From Dermatophilaceae bacterium (lineage in GTDB: Bacteria > Actinomycetota > Actinomycetes > Actinomycetales > Dermatophilaceae): a stretch of 64,000 bases of DNA. The notes beneath the pieces are model-generated. The model did no database searches, had not been told where the DNA came from, and saw nothing but the letters and a program-made list of their open reading frames with translations. This document shows positions 9,950 to 19,125 of the stretch, piece by piece. The stretch is taken from positions 258-64,257 of the forward strand of contig JBAUUB010000347.1 in assembly GCA_049582485.1 (NCBI GenBank), written 5' to 3'. Position 1 is the stretch's first letter, and each line of letters begins with the position of its first letter. The translations under genes and the position numbers were made by a program.

Positions 9950-11226
9950 GACGGCACCTCGACCTCGTTTCGGACGGCTCGGGCAGCGATGTCGGAGCGG
10001 TGCTGGGCGCCGTCGAGCCGGATCCGTGCCACGGCGTCGTACGCGCGCTCCCGGGCCAGGGCGAGGTCGTCGCCCAGGGCGACCACGGAGAGGACCCGCC
10101 CCCCGGCGGAGACGATCGTGCCGTCCGGGCCGTTCGCGGTCCCCGCGTGCAGCACGTATGCGGTGGGCACCTCCTCGACCTCGGCCAACCCCTCGATCGG
10201 GTCGCCCGTGCGGGGGGTTCCGGGATAGTTCTCGGCGGCGACGACGACGGTCACGGCGGCCTCGTCACTCCACCGCAGACGCGGGTGGGCCTGCAGGGCG
10301 CCCGTGGCCGCCGCATACAGGAGCTGCCCGAGGGGACTGCGCAGGCGGGCGAGCACGACCTGGGTCTCGGGGTCGCCGAAGCGCGCGTTGAACTCGATGA
10401 CACGCGGGCCCCGCGAGGTCAGCGCGAGTCCGATGAAGAGGGTGCCGGCGAAGGGGGTGCCGCGACGGGACATCTCCGTCACGACCGGCTGGGCGACCCT
10501 GGCGACGAGGTCGTCGACGAGGCGCTCCGGCGCCCATGGCAGGGGCGAATAGGCACCCATACCACCGGTGTTGGGGCCCGTGTCGCCGTCGCCGACCCGC
10601 TTGAAGTCCTGCGCCGGCGTGAGCGGCACGACGTCCACGCCGTCGCAGACGACGAACAGGGAGACCTCCGGGCCGTCGAGGAACTCCTCGACGACGATGC
10701 GGCCGTCCGGTTTGGCCAGGCACCGCTCGGCGTGCTCGAGCGCCTCGGTGAGGTCGTCCGTGACGACGACCCCCTTGCCGGCGGCGAGACCGTCGTCCTT
10801 GACGACGAAGGGGGCACCGAACGCGGCGAGAGCATCGCGGACCTCGTCCAGCGTCGTGCACAGCCGGCCCATCGCCGTCGGCACCTCGGCCGCCGCCATG
10901 ACCTCCTTGGCGAAGGCCTTGGAGCCCTCGAGCCGGGCGGCCTGTGCGGACGGCCCGTAGCAGGCGATGCCCGCCTCACGGACGGCGTCCGCGATGCCGG
11001 CGACGAGAGGCGCCTCCGGCCCGATGACGACGAGGTCCACCTCGTGGCGGCGGGCGAGCTCTGTGACGGCGTGGGGATCCAGGGCGTCGACCGGCTCACA
11101 GAGTGCGCGCAGGGCCATGCCGGGGTTGCCCGGCGCGGCGATGACCGCGTCGACCTCGGGGTCACCCACCAACGCCGTGACGAGGGCGTGCTCGCGGGCA
11201 CCTGTTCCGAGGACGAGGACCTTCAC
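9946..11226 (-). CDS. purD: Phosphoribosylamine-glycine ligase
   Basis: VKVLVLGTGAREHAL N-terminus from the GTG at 11226. ATP-grasp core. The upstream part of the track ORF is non-homologous. Confidence 0.95.
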   Translation of the reverse strand: MKVLVLGTGAREHALVTALVGDPEVDAVIAAPGNPGMALRALCEPVDALDPHAVTELARRHEVDLVVIGPEAPLVAGIADAVREAGIACYGPSAQAARLEGSKAFAKEVMAAAEVPTAMGRLCTTLDEVRDALAAFGAPFVVKDDGLAAGKGVVVTDDLTEALEHAERCLAKPDGRIVVEEFLDGPEVSLFVVCDGVDVVPLTPAQDFKRVGDGDTGPNTGGMGAYSPLPWAPERLVDDLVARVAQPVVTEMSRRGTPFAGTLFIGLALTSRGPRVIEFNARFGDPETQVVLARLRSPLGQLLYAAATGALQAHPRLRWSDEAAVTVVVAAENYPGTPRTGDPIEGLAEVEEVPTAYVLHAGTANGPDGTIVSAGGRVLSVVALGDDLALARERAYDAVARIRLDGAQHRSDIAARAVRNEVEVPS

Positions 11227-11374
11227 GAGGTCCACTCTAGGGACTGGGCGCCGCGCGGACGGGGCCGCGTCCGGCGTGTTCGGGCGGGTCCGCCGGGCGT
11301 GCATGACGGCGCTCTGCGCAGGCGTAGACTTGACGGTTCGTGCCCATCCCCGAGGACGGAAGTCAGCGCCACCC

Positions 11375-13690
11375 GTGACAGAGCACAGCATCGACACCGG
11401 TGCTCGCGAACGTGTCGACGGCCGCGATCCCGCGGCCCGTCCCGAAGGACCCGACCCGGTCACGCGCGAGATCGCGATCGAGCAGGCGCACGTCGACCGG
11501 GTGTACACCGAGCTCGCCAAGGCCCGCATCCGCACCGCCGACGTCGAGGCCGACGGCATGGCGCGCGGGCGCACCGACCGGGTCGGGGACGTGCGCGACG
11601 AGGAGATGACGGGTCTGGTCGAGCGGGACGCGCTGGTCTATCTCGCCGCCAAACGCCGGCACGACCTCGACCGCCAGTTCGAGGGACTCGTCTTCGGCCG
11701 TCTCGACCTCGACCACAGCGGGGCGGTGGGCGCCGATGCGGCCGCCGGTGGTGCGCCCTCGACGGCGGAGCTGTCGGCGGATGACCTCGAGGCCCGCTAC
11801 ATCGGGCGACTCGGGGTCCGCGACGACGACTACGAACCGCTCGTCATCGACTGGCGGGCCCCGGCCGCCGCACCGTTCTACCGGGCCACGCCGGTCGACC
11901 CGCACGGCGTCGTCCGTCGCCGGGTGCTGCGCTGTGCCGGCCAGCGGGTCATCGGGGTCGAGGACGACCTCATGGTCGCCGAGGCCCCCGCCGACCTCCC
12001 CGTCGTCGGCGACGGCGCACTGATGGCCGCCCTCACCCGCAGCCGGGGGGCGCAGATGCGCGACATCGTCGCGACCATCCAGCGGCACCAGGACGAGGCG
12101 ATCCGCGCGCCCTCCCGGGGAGTCACCGAGATCACCGGCGGCCCCGGCACCGGCAAGACCGTCGTCGCGCTGCACCGTGCCGCCTTCCTGCTGTACAGCG
12201 ACCGTCGCCGCTTCGAGTCGGGCGGGGTCCTCATCGTGGGGCCGTCGCCGGCCTACACGGCCTACATCGAGCGGGTGCTCCCGTCGCTCGGCGAGGACTC
12301 GGTCGCCCTCCGCTCGATCGGGGACCTCGTCGAGGGTGTCACGGCCACCCGACTCGACTCCCGTGAGGTCGCGCGCATCAAGGGCGCAGAGCGGGTTCGC
12401 GGCATCCTCTCCCGGGTCTCCCATGAGCCCCCGCCGGGCGCCCCCACGGAGTTCCGCGCCTTCGTCTCCGGCACGGCGATCCGGATCGGCGGCGAGGACC
12501 TCGACCGGATCCGCCACCATGTGCGGCGGGGTCACCAGCACAACCTCGGCGTCGCCGCCGCCCGAGCGGGTCTGGCCGACGTCGCCTGGGAGCAGCACCG
12601 CGCCCTGGAGCACGGGGCGGAGCGCGCGGAGTTCCTCGACCGCTTCCACGACTCGATGGAGGTCGAGCGGTTCATGCGCGCCTGGTGGCCGCAGCTCGAC
12701 CCGCGCGAGCCGCTGCTGTGGCTCGCCGACGAGTCGGTCGTCGCGCGGTGTGCGCACGGCATCCTCGCACCCCGCGACCGTGACCTGCTGGCCGCCTCGA
12801 TGCGTGCGGCGCTCGAGGTCGGAACGTGGTCGGTCGCCGACGTCGCGCTCATCGACGACCTGTTCGCCCGGCTCGGTCCGATCCAGCGGGACGAGCCCGA
12901 GGAGCGCGGCTTCTACGAGGTCGAGGAGCTCGACGACCTCAGCGGCCACGGCGTCCAGGAGCTGGGTGCGGGCTGGGCGAGCGGATCGGATGGCGGAGGC
13001 CGGTTGCGCGAGCGCGTCGGGCACGACCCCCGCGAGCGACTGCTGCAGGGGACCATCGAGCGGTCCCGCGGGTACGCCCACATCCTCGTCGACGAGGCCC
13101 AGGACCTCTCCCCGCTGCAGTGGCGCATGCTCGGGCGACGCGGCCGTCAGGCATCCTGGACCGTCGTCGGCGACGACGCCCAGAGCTCCTGGCCGGACCC
13201 CGTCGAGGCCCGGCGCGCCCGCAACGAAGCCTACGGCCGGGGTGAGCGCCGCGGCTTCCACATGGACACGAACTACCGCAACGCCCGCGAGATCTTCGAC
13301 TACGCGGCCGAGGTCATCCGCCGCGAGGTTCCCGACGCCGACATCCCCGCAGCCGTGCGCGAGACCGGGTGGCCGGTCCGGGATCTCGCCGTCACCGCCG
13401 CGTCCCTCGAGGACACGCTGACGACGGAGGTCCGTCGCCTGCTCGACCTCGTCGAGGGCTCCGTGGCGATTGTGACGGGACCACCGCATACCGACGTCGC
13501 GGAGCGGGTCGCACGCCCCGCCGGCCGGGTCGTCGTCGCGGACCCGCTCTCGACCAAGGGCCTGGAGTACGACGCCGTGGTCGTCCTCGACCCGGCGCGG
13601 ATCGCCGAGGACACCCCTGGCGGGATCCGGGCGCTCTACGTGGTGCTCACCCGCGCGGCGCACCGGATGACGGTGCTCCGCGTCGACTGA
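11375..13690 (+). CDS. HelD/HelR-like UvrD-family ATPase (RNA-polymerase-associated helicase IV-like)
   Basis: N-terminal EQAHVDRVY coiled region, Walker A GGPGTGKT, ILVDEAQDLSPLQW, and C-terminal GLEYDAVVV...LYVVLTRA. GTG at 11375 follows AGGACGGAAG. Confidence 0.8.
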   Translation: MTEHSIDTGARERVDGRDPAARPEGPDPVTREIAIEQAHVDRVYTELAKARIRTADVEADGMARGRTDRVGDVRDEEMTGLVERDALVYLAAKRRHDLDRQFEGLVFGRLDLDHSGAVGADAAAGGAPSTAELSADDLEARYIGRLGVRDDDYEPLVIDWRAPAAAPFYRATPVDPHGVVRRRVLRCAGQRVIGVEDDLMVAEAPADLPVVGDGALMAALTRSRGAQMRDIVATIQRHQDEAIRAPSRGVTEITGGPGTGKTVVALHRAAFLLYSDRRRFESGGVLIVGPSPAYTAYIERVLPSLGEDSVALRSIGDLVEGVTATRLDSREVARIKGAERVRGILSRVSHEPPPGAPTEFRAFVSGTAIRIGGEDLDRIRHHVRRGHQHNLGVAAARAGLADVAWEQHRALEHGAERAEFLDRFHDSMEVERFMRAWWPQLDPREPLLWLADESVVARCAHGILAPRDRDLLAASMRAALEVGTWSVADVALIDDLFARLGPIQRDEPEERGFYEVEELDDLSGHGVQELGAGWASGSDGGGRLRERVGHDPRERLLQGTIERSRGYAHILVDEAQDLSPLQWRMLGRRGRQASWTVVGDDAQSSWPDPVEARRARNEAYGRGERRGFHMDTNYRNAREIFDYAAEVIRREVPDADIPAAVRETGWPVRDLAVTAASLEDTLTTEVRRLLDLVEGSVAIVTGPPHTDVAERVARPAGRVVVADPLSTKGLEYDAVVVLDPARIAEDTPGGIRALYVVLTRAAHRMTVLRVD

Positions 13691-13700
13691 GCCGGGGTCG

Positions 13701-13790
13701 GCGACTTTTCTTCCTCGGGAAGTAAAGCCCAGGTGTGGGAACGAAGAGTCCTTTCCCGAAGGTGACTGTTCCTTCCCAGGGAAGAAAAGC
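13701..13790. repeat. Interspersed double-hairpin repeat, family 1, copy B
   Basis: Perfect 10-bp outer arms CTTTTCTTCC / GGAAGAAAAG. Inner arms TCGGGAA...TTCCCGA. 3' palindrome CTTCCC-A-GGGAAG. Confidence 0.6.
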
Positions 13791-13813
13791 AGTCCCCGCG
13801 CGTGGGTGCCGAC

Positions 13814-13993
13814 TCAGCCGGACTTGCGGCGGAACATCTGCTGCGTCGCGGAGGTCTCCGGGTCGTGGGCCTGCTCTGCCTTGCCGTGACCGCCGCCGCC
13901 GCCGACGTCCCGTCCGCCGTGGGCCTTCTTGCGCTCGAGCGCCTCACGGAACTTCGCCTTGACGTCCTCGGGTGCGCTCTCGTGCTTGCTCAT
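13814..13993 (-). CDS. DUF5302-like small conserved actinobacterial protein
   Basis: MSKHESAPEDVKAKFREALERKKA... with a Gly-rich middle. ATG at 13993 is preceded by AGGAGA. Confidence 0.6.
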   Translation of the reverse strand: MSKHESAPEDVKAKFREALERKKAHGGRDVGGGGGHGKAEQAHDPETSATQQMFRRKSG

Positions 13994-14093
13994 GACGGTC
14001 TCTCCTTGCGCTGGAACGCGCCCGGACCGGCGCTGGGCCAAGCCTCACACCGGGACAGGCAGGCCCGCAACATGATTGACGCCACGGGTCGGG

Positions 14094-15395
14094 TCACGGC
14101 AGCAGCGAGTGCCGCTCGATGATCTCGTGTCGACCCGGCCCGACGCCGATGGCGGACACGCGCGCACCGATGAGCTCCTCGACCCGCAGGACGTAGCGCC
14201 GCGCGTTCTCCGGCAGCTCCTCGAAGGTCCGGCAGCCCGAGATGTCCTCCTGCCAGCCGTCGAGGTACTCGTAGACCGGCCTCGCGTGGTGGAAGTCGCT
14301 CTGGTTGACCGGCATCTGCTCGTGGCGCACCCCGTCCACGTCGTAGGCCACGCAGATCGGCAGCCTCTCGAAGCCGGTGAGGACGTCGAGCTTGGTGATG
14401 ACGAAGTCGGTGACGCCGTTGATCCGCGTCGCGTACCGGCCGATGACCGTGTCCATCCAGCCGCACCGGCGCGGGCGGCCGGTCGTCGTGCCGAACTCCG
14501 CCCCCACCGTGCGCAGCGTCTCTCCATCGTCGTCGAACAGCTCGGTGGGGAACGGTCCCTCGCCGACCCGGGTCGTATAGGCCTTGAGGATCGCGATGAC
14601 CCGCTCGACGCGGGTCGGCGGGATGCCGGAGCCGGTGCAGGCGCCGCCGGCCGTCGCCGAGGAGGACGTGACGAACGGGTAGGTGCCGTGGTCGACGTCG
14701 AGCAGGGTCGCCTGCCCGGCCTCGAGGAGCACGATCCGGCCAGCGTCGAGGGCCTGCTCGAGCTCGAGGCTCGTGTCGCGGACCATCGGCCGCAGCCGCT
14801 CGGCGTAGGAGAGCAGCTCCTCGACGACGAGGTCGACCTCGCTCGCGCGGGTGTTGTAGACCTTGACGAGCACCTGGTTCTTCAGGTCGAGGGCCGCCTC
14901 GACCTTCTGGCGCAGGATGTTCTCGTCGAACAGGTCCTGGACGCGGATGCCGACCCGGTTCATCTTGTCGGCGTAGGTCGGGCCGATCCCACGCCCGGTC
15001 GTGCCGATCCGGCGCTTGCCGAGGAAGCGCTCGGTCACCTTGTCGAGGGTGCGGTTGTAGGGCGCGATGATGTGCGCGTTGGCGCTGACGATCAGACGCG
15101 AGGTGTCGACGCCCCGCTCGTCGAGAGCGTCGAGCTCCTGGAACAGGACCTCGAGGTCGACGACGACACCGTTGCCGATGACGGGGACGACGTTCGGCGA
15201 GAGGATGCCGGAGGGCAGCAGGTGCAGCGCGTACTTCTCGCGCGTGCCGTCCGGGCTCTCGATGACGACGGTGTGGCCGGCGTTGTTGCCCCCGTTGAAC
15301 TTGACCACGTAGTCGACCGCGGACCCCATGAGGTCGGTCGCCTTGCCTTTGCCTTCGTCACCCCACTGGGCACCGACGAGGACGATCGCGGGCAT
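14094..15395 (-). CDS. purA: Adenylosuccinate synthase
   Basis: [12 protein letters not shown]-loop, [10 protein letters not shown] and [11 protein letters not shown] at 15395 with an AAGGAG RBS. Confidence 0.95.
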   Translation of the reverse strand: MPAIVLVGAQWGDEGKGKATDLMGSAVDYVVKFNGGNNAGHTVVIESPDGTREKYALHLLPSGILSPNVVPVIGNGVVVDLEVLFQELDALDERGVDTSRLIVSANAHIIAPYNRTLDKVTERFLGKRRIGTTGRGIGPTYADKMNRVGIRVQDLFDENILRQKVEAALDLKNQVLVKVYNTRASEVDLVVEELLSYAERLRPMVRDTSLELEQALDAGRIVLLEAGQATLLDVDHGTYPFVTSSSATAGGACTGSGIPPTRVERVIAILKAYTTRVGEGPFPTELFDDDGETLRTVGAEFGTTTGRPRRCGWMDTVIGRYATRINGVTDFVITKLDVLTGFERLPICVAYDVDGVRHEQMPVNQSDFHHARPVYEYLDGWQEDISGCRTFEELPENARRYVLRVEELIGARVSAIGVGPGRHEIIERHSLLP

Positions 15396-15488
15396 GGAGG
15401 ACTCCTTGTGCGGCTGGGCGCCAGGGTTGGTATGCGCTGGTCGCCTCCGCGTGGAAGCCGTCACCGTCGCGCCGGACAGCGCCCCAGC

Positions 15489-16367
15489 CTAGCGCCTCCG
15501 CGGCCCCGCAGCGGTGGCCCGGATCGGCGACAACGGCAGTGGTCCGGCCTCGAGCCGGCCACGGGCGAGCAGAGCCGCGCCGAGCTGGAATCGGGTCTCG
15601 ACACCGTGCTCGTCCATGAGCCCGGCGATGCGTCGACGCACGGTGCGCAGGCTCCACCCGAGGGTGCGGGCGATGGCCTCGTCCTTGAGGCCGAGCGCCA
15701 TCAGATCGATCATCCTCGTCTCGGCCGGCTCGTCACCGCGCTCCGCGCTCAGCGCCACCCCGGTCCGGTAGGTCGTCTCGTGCAGGGCCGTGAACGCGGC
15801 GATGAGCATCGGCTCGCGGATGACGAGGTAGTCGGACTCGGGCACGTTCCACTCCGCGCAGGCGAGCACGGCGCTCGTGCCCGCGATGAGGAACTCGCTC
15901 GGCGGCGCGGCGACGAACCGCTGCCCCTCCCCCGCCTCGGCCCAGGCACTCACCCAGCGCCGACCGGGGCCGGTGTCGAGGACCTCGAGCGGATAGATGG
16001 CGCGCATCCGCAGCCCGTTCGCCAGTCGATGGCGCAGGTCCCGCACGCGTTCGTCCTCGAGTCCGGGGCCGTACTCGACCGTGCGGTTGACGGTGCGCAG
16101 GACACCGTCGCCGATCTCGTCCATGAGCGAGCCGATGACCTCGGAGGCGATGTCCGCCGGAATGACCTCGAGGTCGGCGTCCCGGACGACCGTCGTCCGA
16201 GTCAGCTCGGTGGTGATCGAGCGGATCGCGTCGCGCACGTCGCTCAGCTCCTGGCGGCGGGCGTCGAGCCGCTGGGCCTCCCGGTCGAGGAGTCGCTCGA
16301 GGTGTCGGACGACCTTGGCCGGTTGGCGCGCCGGAGGTGACTGGTCGGTAGTTGAATGTTCGTCCAC
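15489..16367 (-). CDS. LuxR-family helix-turn-helix transcriptional regulator
   Basis: C-terminal LuxR HTH (LGLKDEAIARTLGWSLRTVRRRIAGLM). The N-terminal domain has no recognised fold. Confidence 0.75.
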   Translation of the reverse strand: MDEHSTTDQSPPARQPAKVVRHLERLLDREAQRLDARRQELSDVRDAIRSITTELTRTTVVRDADLEVIPADIASEVIGSLMDEIGDGVLRTVNRTVEYGPGLEDERVRDLRHRLANGLRMRAIYPLEVLDTGPGRRWVSAWAEAGEGQRFVAAPPSEFLIAGTSAVLACAEWNVPESDYLVIREPMLIAAFTALHETTYRTGVALSAERGDEPAETRMIDLMALGLKDEAIARTLGWSLRTVRRRIAGLMDEHGVETRFQLGAALLARGRLEAGPLPLSPIRATAAGPRRR

Positions 16368-16513
16368 TTTGGCATTTTAGTGCCAATGGCCGGAAAGTGT
16401 CGTCATTTCGGTGACACGTCCGGCATCATGGTGCACACGTCGAGGCCGAACGCAGGGGACATGACGCTTTGACGACAGTGGGGCGCCTTAGGCGCCTGCT
16501 CCTGGCAGGGGGC

Positions 16514-16549
16514 ATCGCCGGAGGCCGCGGATACGCGGCCTCCGGCGAT
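16514..16549. terminator. Perfect 16-bp stem / GATA-loop hairpin, likely an intrinsic terminator for the fbaA-DUF3151 transcript
   Basis: ATCGCCGGAGGCCGCG-GATA-CGCGGCCTCCGGCGAT. A second palindrome, GGCGCC-TTA-GGCGCC, lies at 16482-16496. Confidence 0.5.
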
Positions 16550-16578
16550 CTGTTTCCGGGCGTTGATCGTGGCGAGCG

Positions 16579-16658
16579 GGCTACAGGCCGAAGCGATTAC
16601 AAGCCAGGCCGACTACAGACCGGGCCGATTACAAACCGAGCCGACTACAGACCGAGCT
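16579..16658. repeat. Tandem repeat, 5 x 16 bp (GAYTACARRCCRRGCC), alternating two subtypes
   Basis: Units start at 16579, 16595, 16611, 16627 and 16643. The last unit overlaps the stop and last codons of the DUF3151 gene. Confidence 0.8.
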
Positions 16659-17046
16659 CGCGAGCAGCGGTCGCCGACGACGCCCGGAGGAACTCGACGC
16701 AGCGGTGGCGCTCCTCCTCCTCGCCGATGCCGTCGGCCGCTCGCGCCAGCGCGGCGAGTGCGCGCAGGAAGCCGCGGTTCGGCACGTGCTCCCACGGCAC
16801 CGGCCCCTGGCCGCGCCAGCCCGAGCGCCGCAGGGCGTCGAGGCCGCGGTGGTAGCCGGTCCGCGCATACGCGTAGGCGGCGACGACCTCGCCCTCGTCG
16901 AGCGCGTCCTCGGCGAGGACCGCCCACGGCAACGACGACGAGGGGTATGCGCGGGCCACCTGGTCCGCCGCCCTCCCCTGGTCGAGGGCCGGGGCCGCGG
17001 GGTCGTCGGGCAGGTGGGTCTCCGGGATGCCGAGAAGGTCAGTCAC
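16645..17046 (-). CDS. DUF3151-like protein
   Basis: 133 aa from the GTG at 17046. The PWAVLAEDALDEGE...YAYARTGYHRGLDALR pattern and its position downstream of fbaA are typical of actinobacteria. Confidence 0.7.
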   Translation of the reverse strand: MTDLLGIPETHLPDDPAAPALDQGRAADQVARAYPSSSLPWAVLAEDALDEGEVVAAYAYARTGYHRGLDALRRSGWRGQGPVPWEHVPNRGFLRALAALARAADGIGEEEERHRCVEFLRASSATAARELGL

Positions 17047-17069
17047 GGCGTCAACCCTAGTGAGAGCGC

Positions 17070-17146
17070 TTGGGGAAAGAACCCTCGGCGTCGGGAAGCA
17101 AGGATTGTTTCCCGACGCCGAGGGTTCCTTCCCAGGGAAGGAAACG
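17070..17146. repeat. Interspersed double-hairpin repeat, family 1, copy C
   Basis: Perfect 16-bp stem CCCTCGGCGTCGGGAA / TTCCCGACGCCGAGGG (17082-17124), followed by the 19-nt palindrome TTCCTTCCC-A-GGGAAGGAA (17125-17143). Confidence 0.65.
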
Positions 17147-17161
17147 TGAGTCAGCGAATAC

Positions 17162-18193
17162 TCAGCCGCGGTGGGTGCCGGCGGAACGGAGGTTCTCGCA
17201 GGCCTCGACGACGCGGGCGGCCATGCCGGACTCGGCCTCCTTGCCCCAGGAGCGCGGGTCGTACTGCTTCTTGTTGCCGACCTCACCGTCGATACGCAGG
17301 ACGCCGTCGTAGTTCTTGTACATCCACGCGGCGACGGGCCGGGTGAAGGCGTACTGGGTGTCGGTGTCGACGTTCATCTTCACGACGCCGTAGTCGACGG
17401 CGTCCGAGATCTCCTGGGGCAGCGAGCCGGAGCCGCCGTGGAAGACGAGGTGGAACGGCTTGGCGTCTGGTGCCAGTCCGAGCTCCTGGCTCGCAGCCTC
17501 CTGCGCGGCCTTGAGGACCTCCGGGCGCAGCTTGACGCCACCCGGCTTGTAGACGCCGTGCACGTTGCCGAACGTCAGGGCCGTCATGTAGTAGCCCTTC
17601 TCACCGGAGCCCAGCGCCCGCACCGTGGCGATGGCGTCCTCGGGGGTGGAGTACAGCTTCTCGTTGATCTCGTTCTCGACGCCGTCCTCCTCGCCGCCGA
17701 CGACACCGACCTCGATCTCGAGGACGACGTTGGCCTTCTGGCACCGGTCGAGCAGCTCCTCGGCGATCTGGAGGTTCTCGTCCAGCGGCACGGCCGAGCC
17801 GTCCCACATGTGGCTCTGGAAGAACGGCAGGCCGCCACCGTCGACGCGTTCCTGGCTCGCGGTGAGCAGCGGCCGGACGAACCCGTCGAGCTTGTCCTTC
17901 GGGCAGTGGTCGGTGTGCAGCGCGATGTTGACCGGGTAGTTCTTGGCGACCTCGTGTGCGAACGCGGCGAACGCGAGGGAGCCCGCGACCATGTTCTTGA
18001 CCGTCGGGCCGGAGAGGTACTCCGCGCCACCGGTCGAGACCTGGATGATGCCGTCGGAGCCGGCGTCGGCGAAGCCCTTCAGCGCGGCGTTGAGGGTCTG
18101 GGAGGACGACACGTTGATGGCCGGGTAGGCGAAGCGCTCGTTCTTGGCCCGGTCGAGCATCTCGCGGTAGACCTCGGGTGTTGCGATGGGCAT
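17162..18193 (-). CDS. fbaA: Class II fructose-bisphosphate aldolase
   Basis: 343 aa from the ATG at 18193. LHTDHCPKD and FHGGSGS motifs. Confidence 0.95.
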   Translation of the reverse strand: MPIATPEVYREMLDRAKNERFAYPAINVSSSQTLNAALKGFADAGSDGIIQVSTGGAEYLSGPTVKNMVAGSLAFAAFAHEVAKNYPVNIALHTDHCPKDKLDGFVRPLLTASQERVDGGGLPFFQSHMWDGSAVPLDENLQIAEELLDRCQKANVVLEIEVGVVGGEEDGVENEINEKLYSTPEDAIATVRALGSGEKGYYMTALTFGNVHGVYKPGGVKLRPEVLKAAQEAASQELGLAPDAKPFHLVFHGGSGSLPQEISDAVDYGVVKMNVDTDTQYAFTRPVAAWMYKNYDGVLRIDGEVGNKKQYDPRSWGKEAESGMAARVVEACENLRSAGTHRG

Positions 18194-18296
18194 ACCTACT
18201 CCTTCGTGCGGGCGCCTCGCGACGCCGCGTTTGTGGGCGTGTGGTCCTCGCCCATCCTTCCACGTGCGGACGTCCCGCGTGAGTGCCGGTCCGCGC

Positions 18297-19121
18297 TCAG
18301 TCACGCGGGGGCGTGAGCACATAGGGCGTCGTCGTCGCCACCTGCGACAACCCCATCCGGACCAGGATCGGACGCGAGGTCACCAGGGCGTCGACCCGGC
18401 AGATCGAGTAGCCGGCGTCGATCGCCCACCGCGCGCGCAGCCCGGCCATCGCGCGGTATAGCCCCCGCCCGCGGTGGTCCGCTCGCACCTTGCCGCCCCA
18501 CAGTCCGGCGACGTCCGTTCCCACCACGAGGCGGAGCACAGCGTGCCCGACGACCACGCCCCCGTCGCGGTCGACGGCCACGACCGACCGGACGTGCTGC
18601 GGGTCGGCCTGCTCCTCGGCCCGGAGCAGCCGCGACCACGCGGCACCGCCCTCCCCGAAGACGGCCTCGTCGAGCGCTTCGACCTGCTCCCACTCGGCCT
18701 GCGCGGTGTCCGCGTCCGCCGAGATGGCGCGCACCGCATACCGGTCGGCGATCTCCACCGGCTGGGCGACCCGTTCGGCCGGGCCCAGCAGGAGCGCCTC
18801 CTCCGCCTCCGGCACGAAGCCGTATGCGCGCAGCAGCTCGGGGAGGTCCGCCGGCTCGTCGTAGGAGTAGGTCTTCCACTCGACACGCTGTCCACGCGCG
18901 GTGAAGAAGGCGACCTGGCGCTCGACGGCCGCGGCCGGGTCGGGCCCCAGTCCCTCGGGGGAGTCGATCATCGCGCCCTCCTCGGCCGGGTCGGGCGGGT
19001 AGGCCCGCCGCACCGGCCCGTCGTACTCGATGACGTGGGTCGGGGCGTGGTCCCGGTCGCGGAGGCGGATCTGCTCGTGGAAGCGCCAGAGGAGGTCGGC
19101 TGCCTCGGTTGGGTCGGTCAT
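18297..19121 (-). CDS. GNAT family N-acetyltransferase (two-lobed)
   Basis: C-terminal acetyltransferase core VRADHRGRGLYRAM. Confidence 0.7.
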   Translation of the reverse strand: MTDPTEAADLLWRFHEQIRLRDRDHAPTHVIEYDGPVRRAYPPDPAEEGAMIDSPEGLGPDPAAAVERQVAFFTARGQRVEWKTYSYDEPADLPELLRAYGFVPEAEEALLLGPAERVAQPVEIADRYAVRAISADADTAQAEWEQVEALDEAVFGEGGAAWSRLLRAEEQADPQHVRSVVAVDRDGGVVVGHAVLRLVVGTDVAGLWGGKVRADHRGRGLYRAMAGLRARWAIDAGYSICRVDALVTSRPILVRMGLSQVATTTPYVLTPPRD

Positions 19122-19125
19122 GCCC

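Noticed and set aside
11227-11374. Rifamycin-associated element upstream of the HelD-like gene
   Set aside because: There is only a weak 5-bp inverted repeat (CGGAC-N8-GTCCG) and no extended palindrome. This is insufficient to call.
16579-16658. Possible CRISPR array
   Set aside because: The units are only 16 bp and directly abutting, with no spacers. There are no cas genes in the window. It is a simple tandem repeat.
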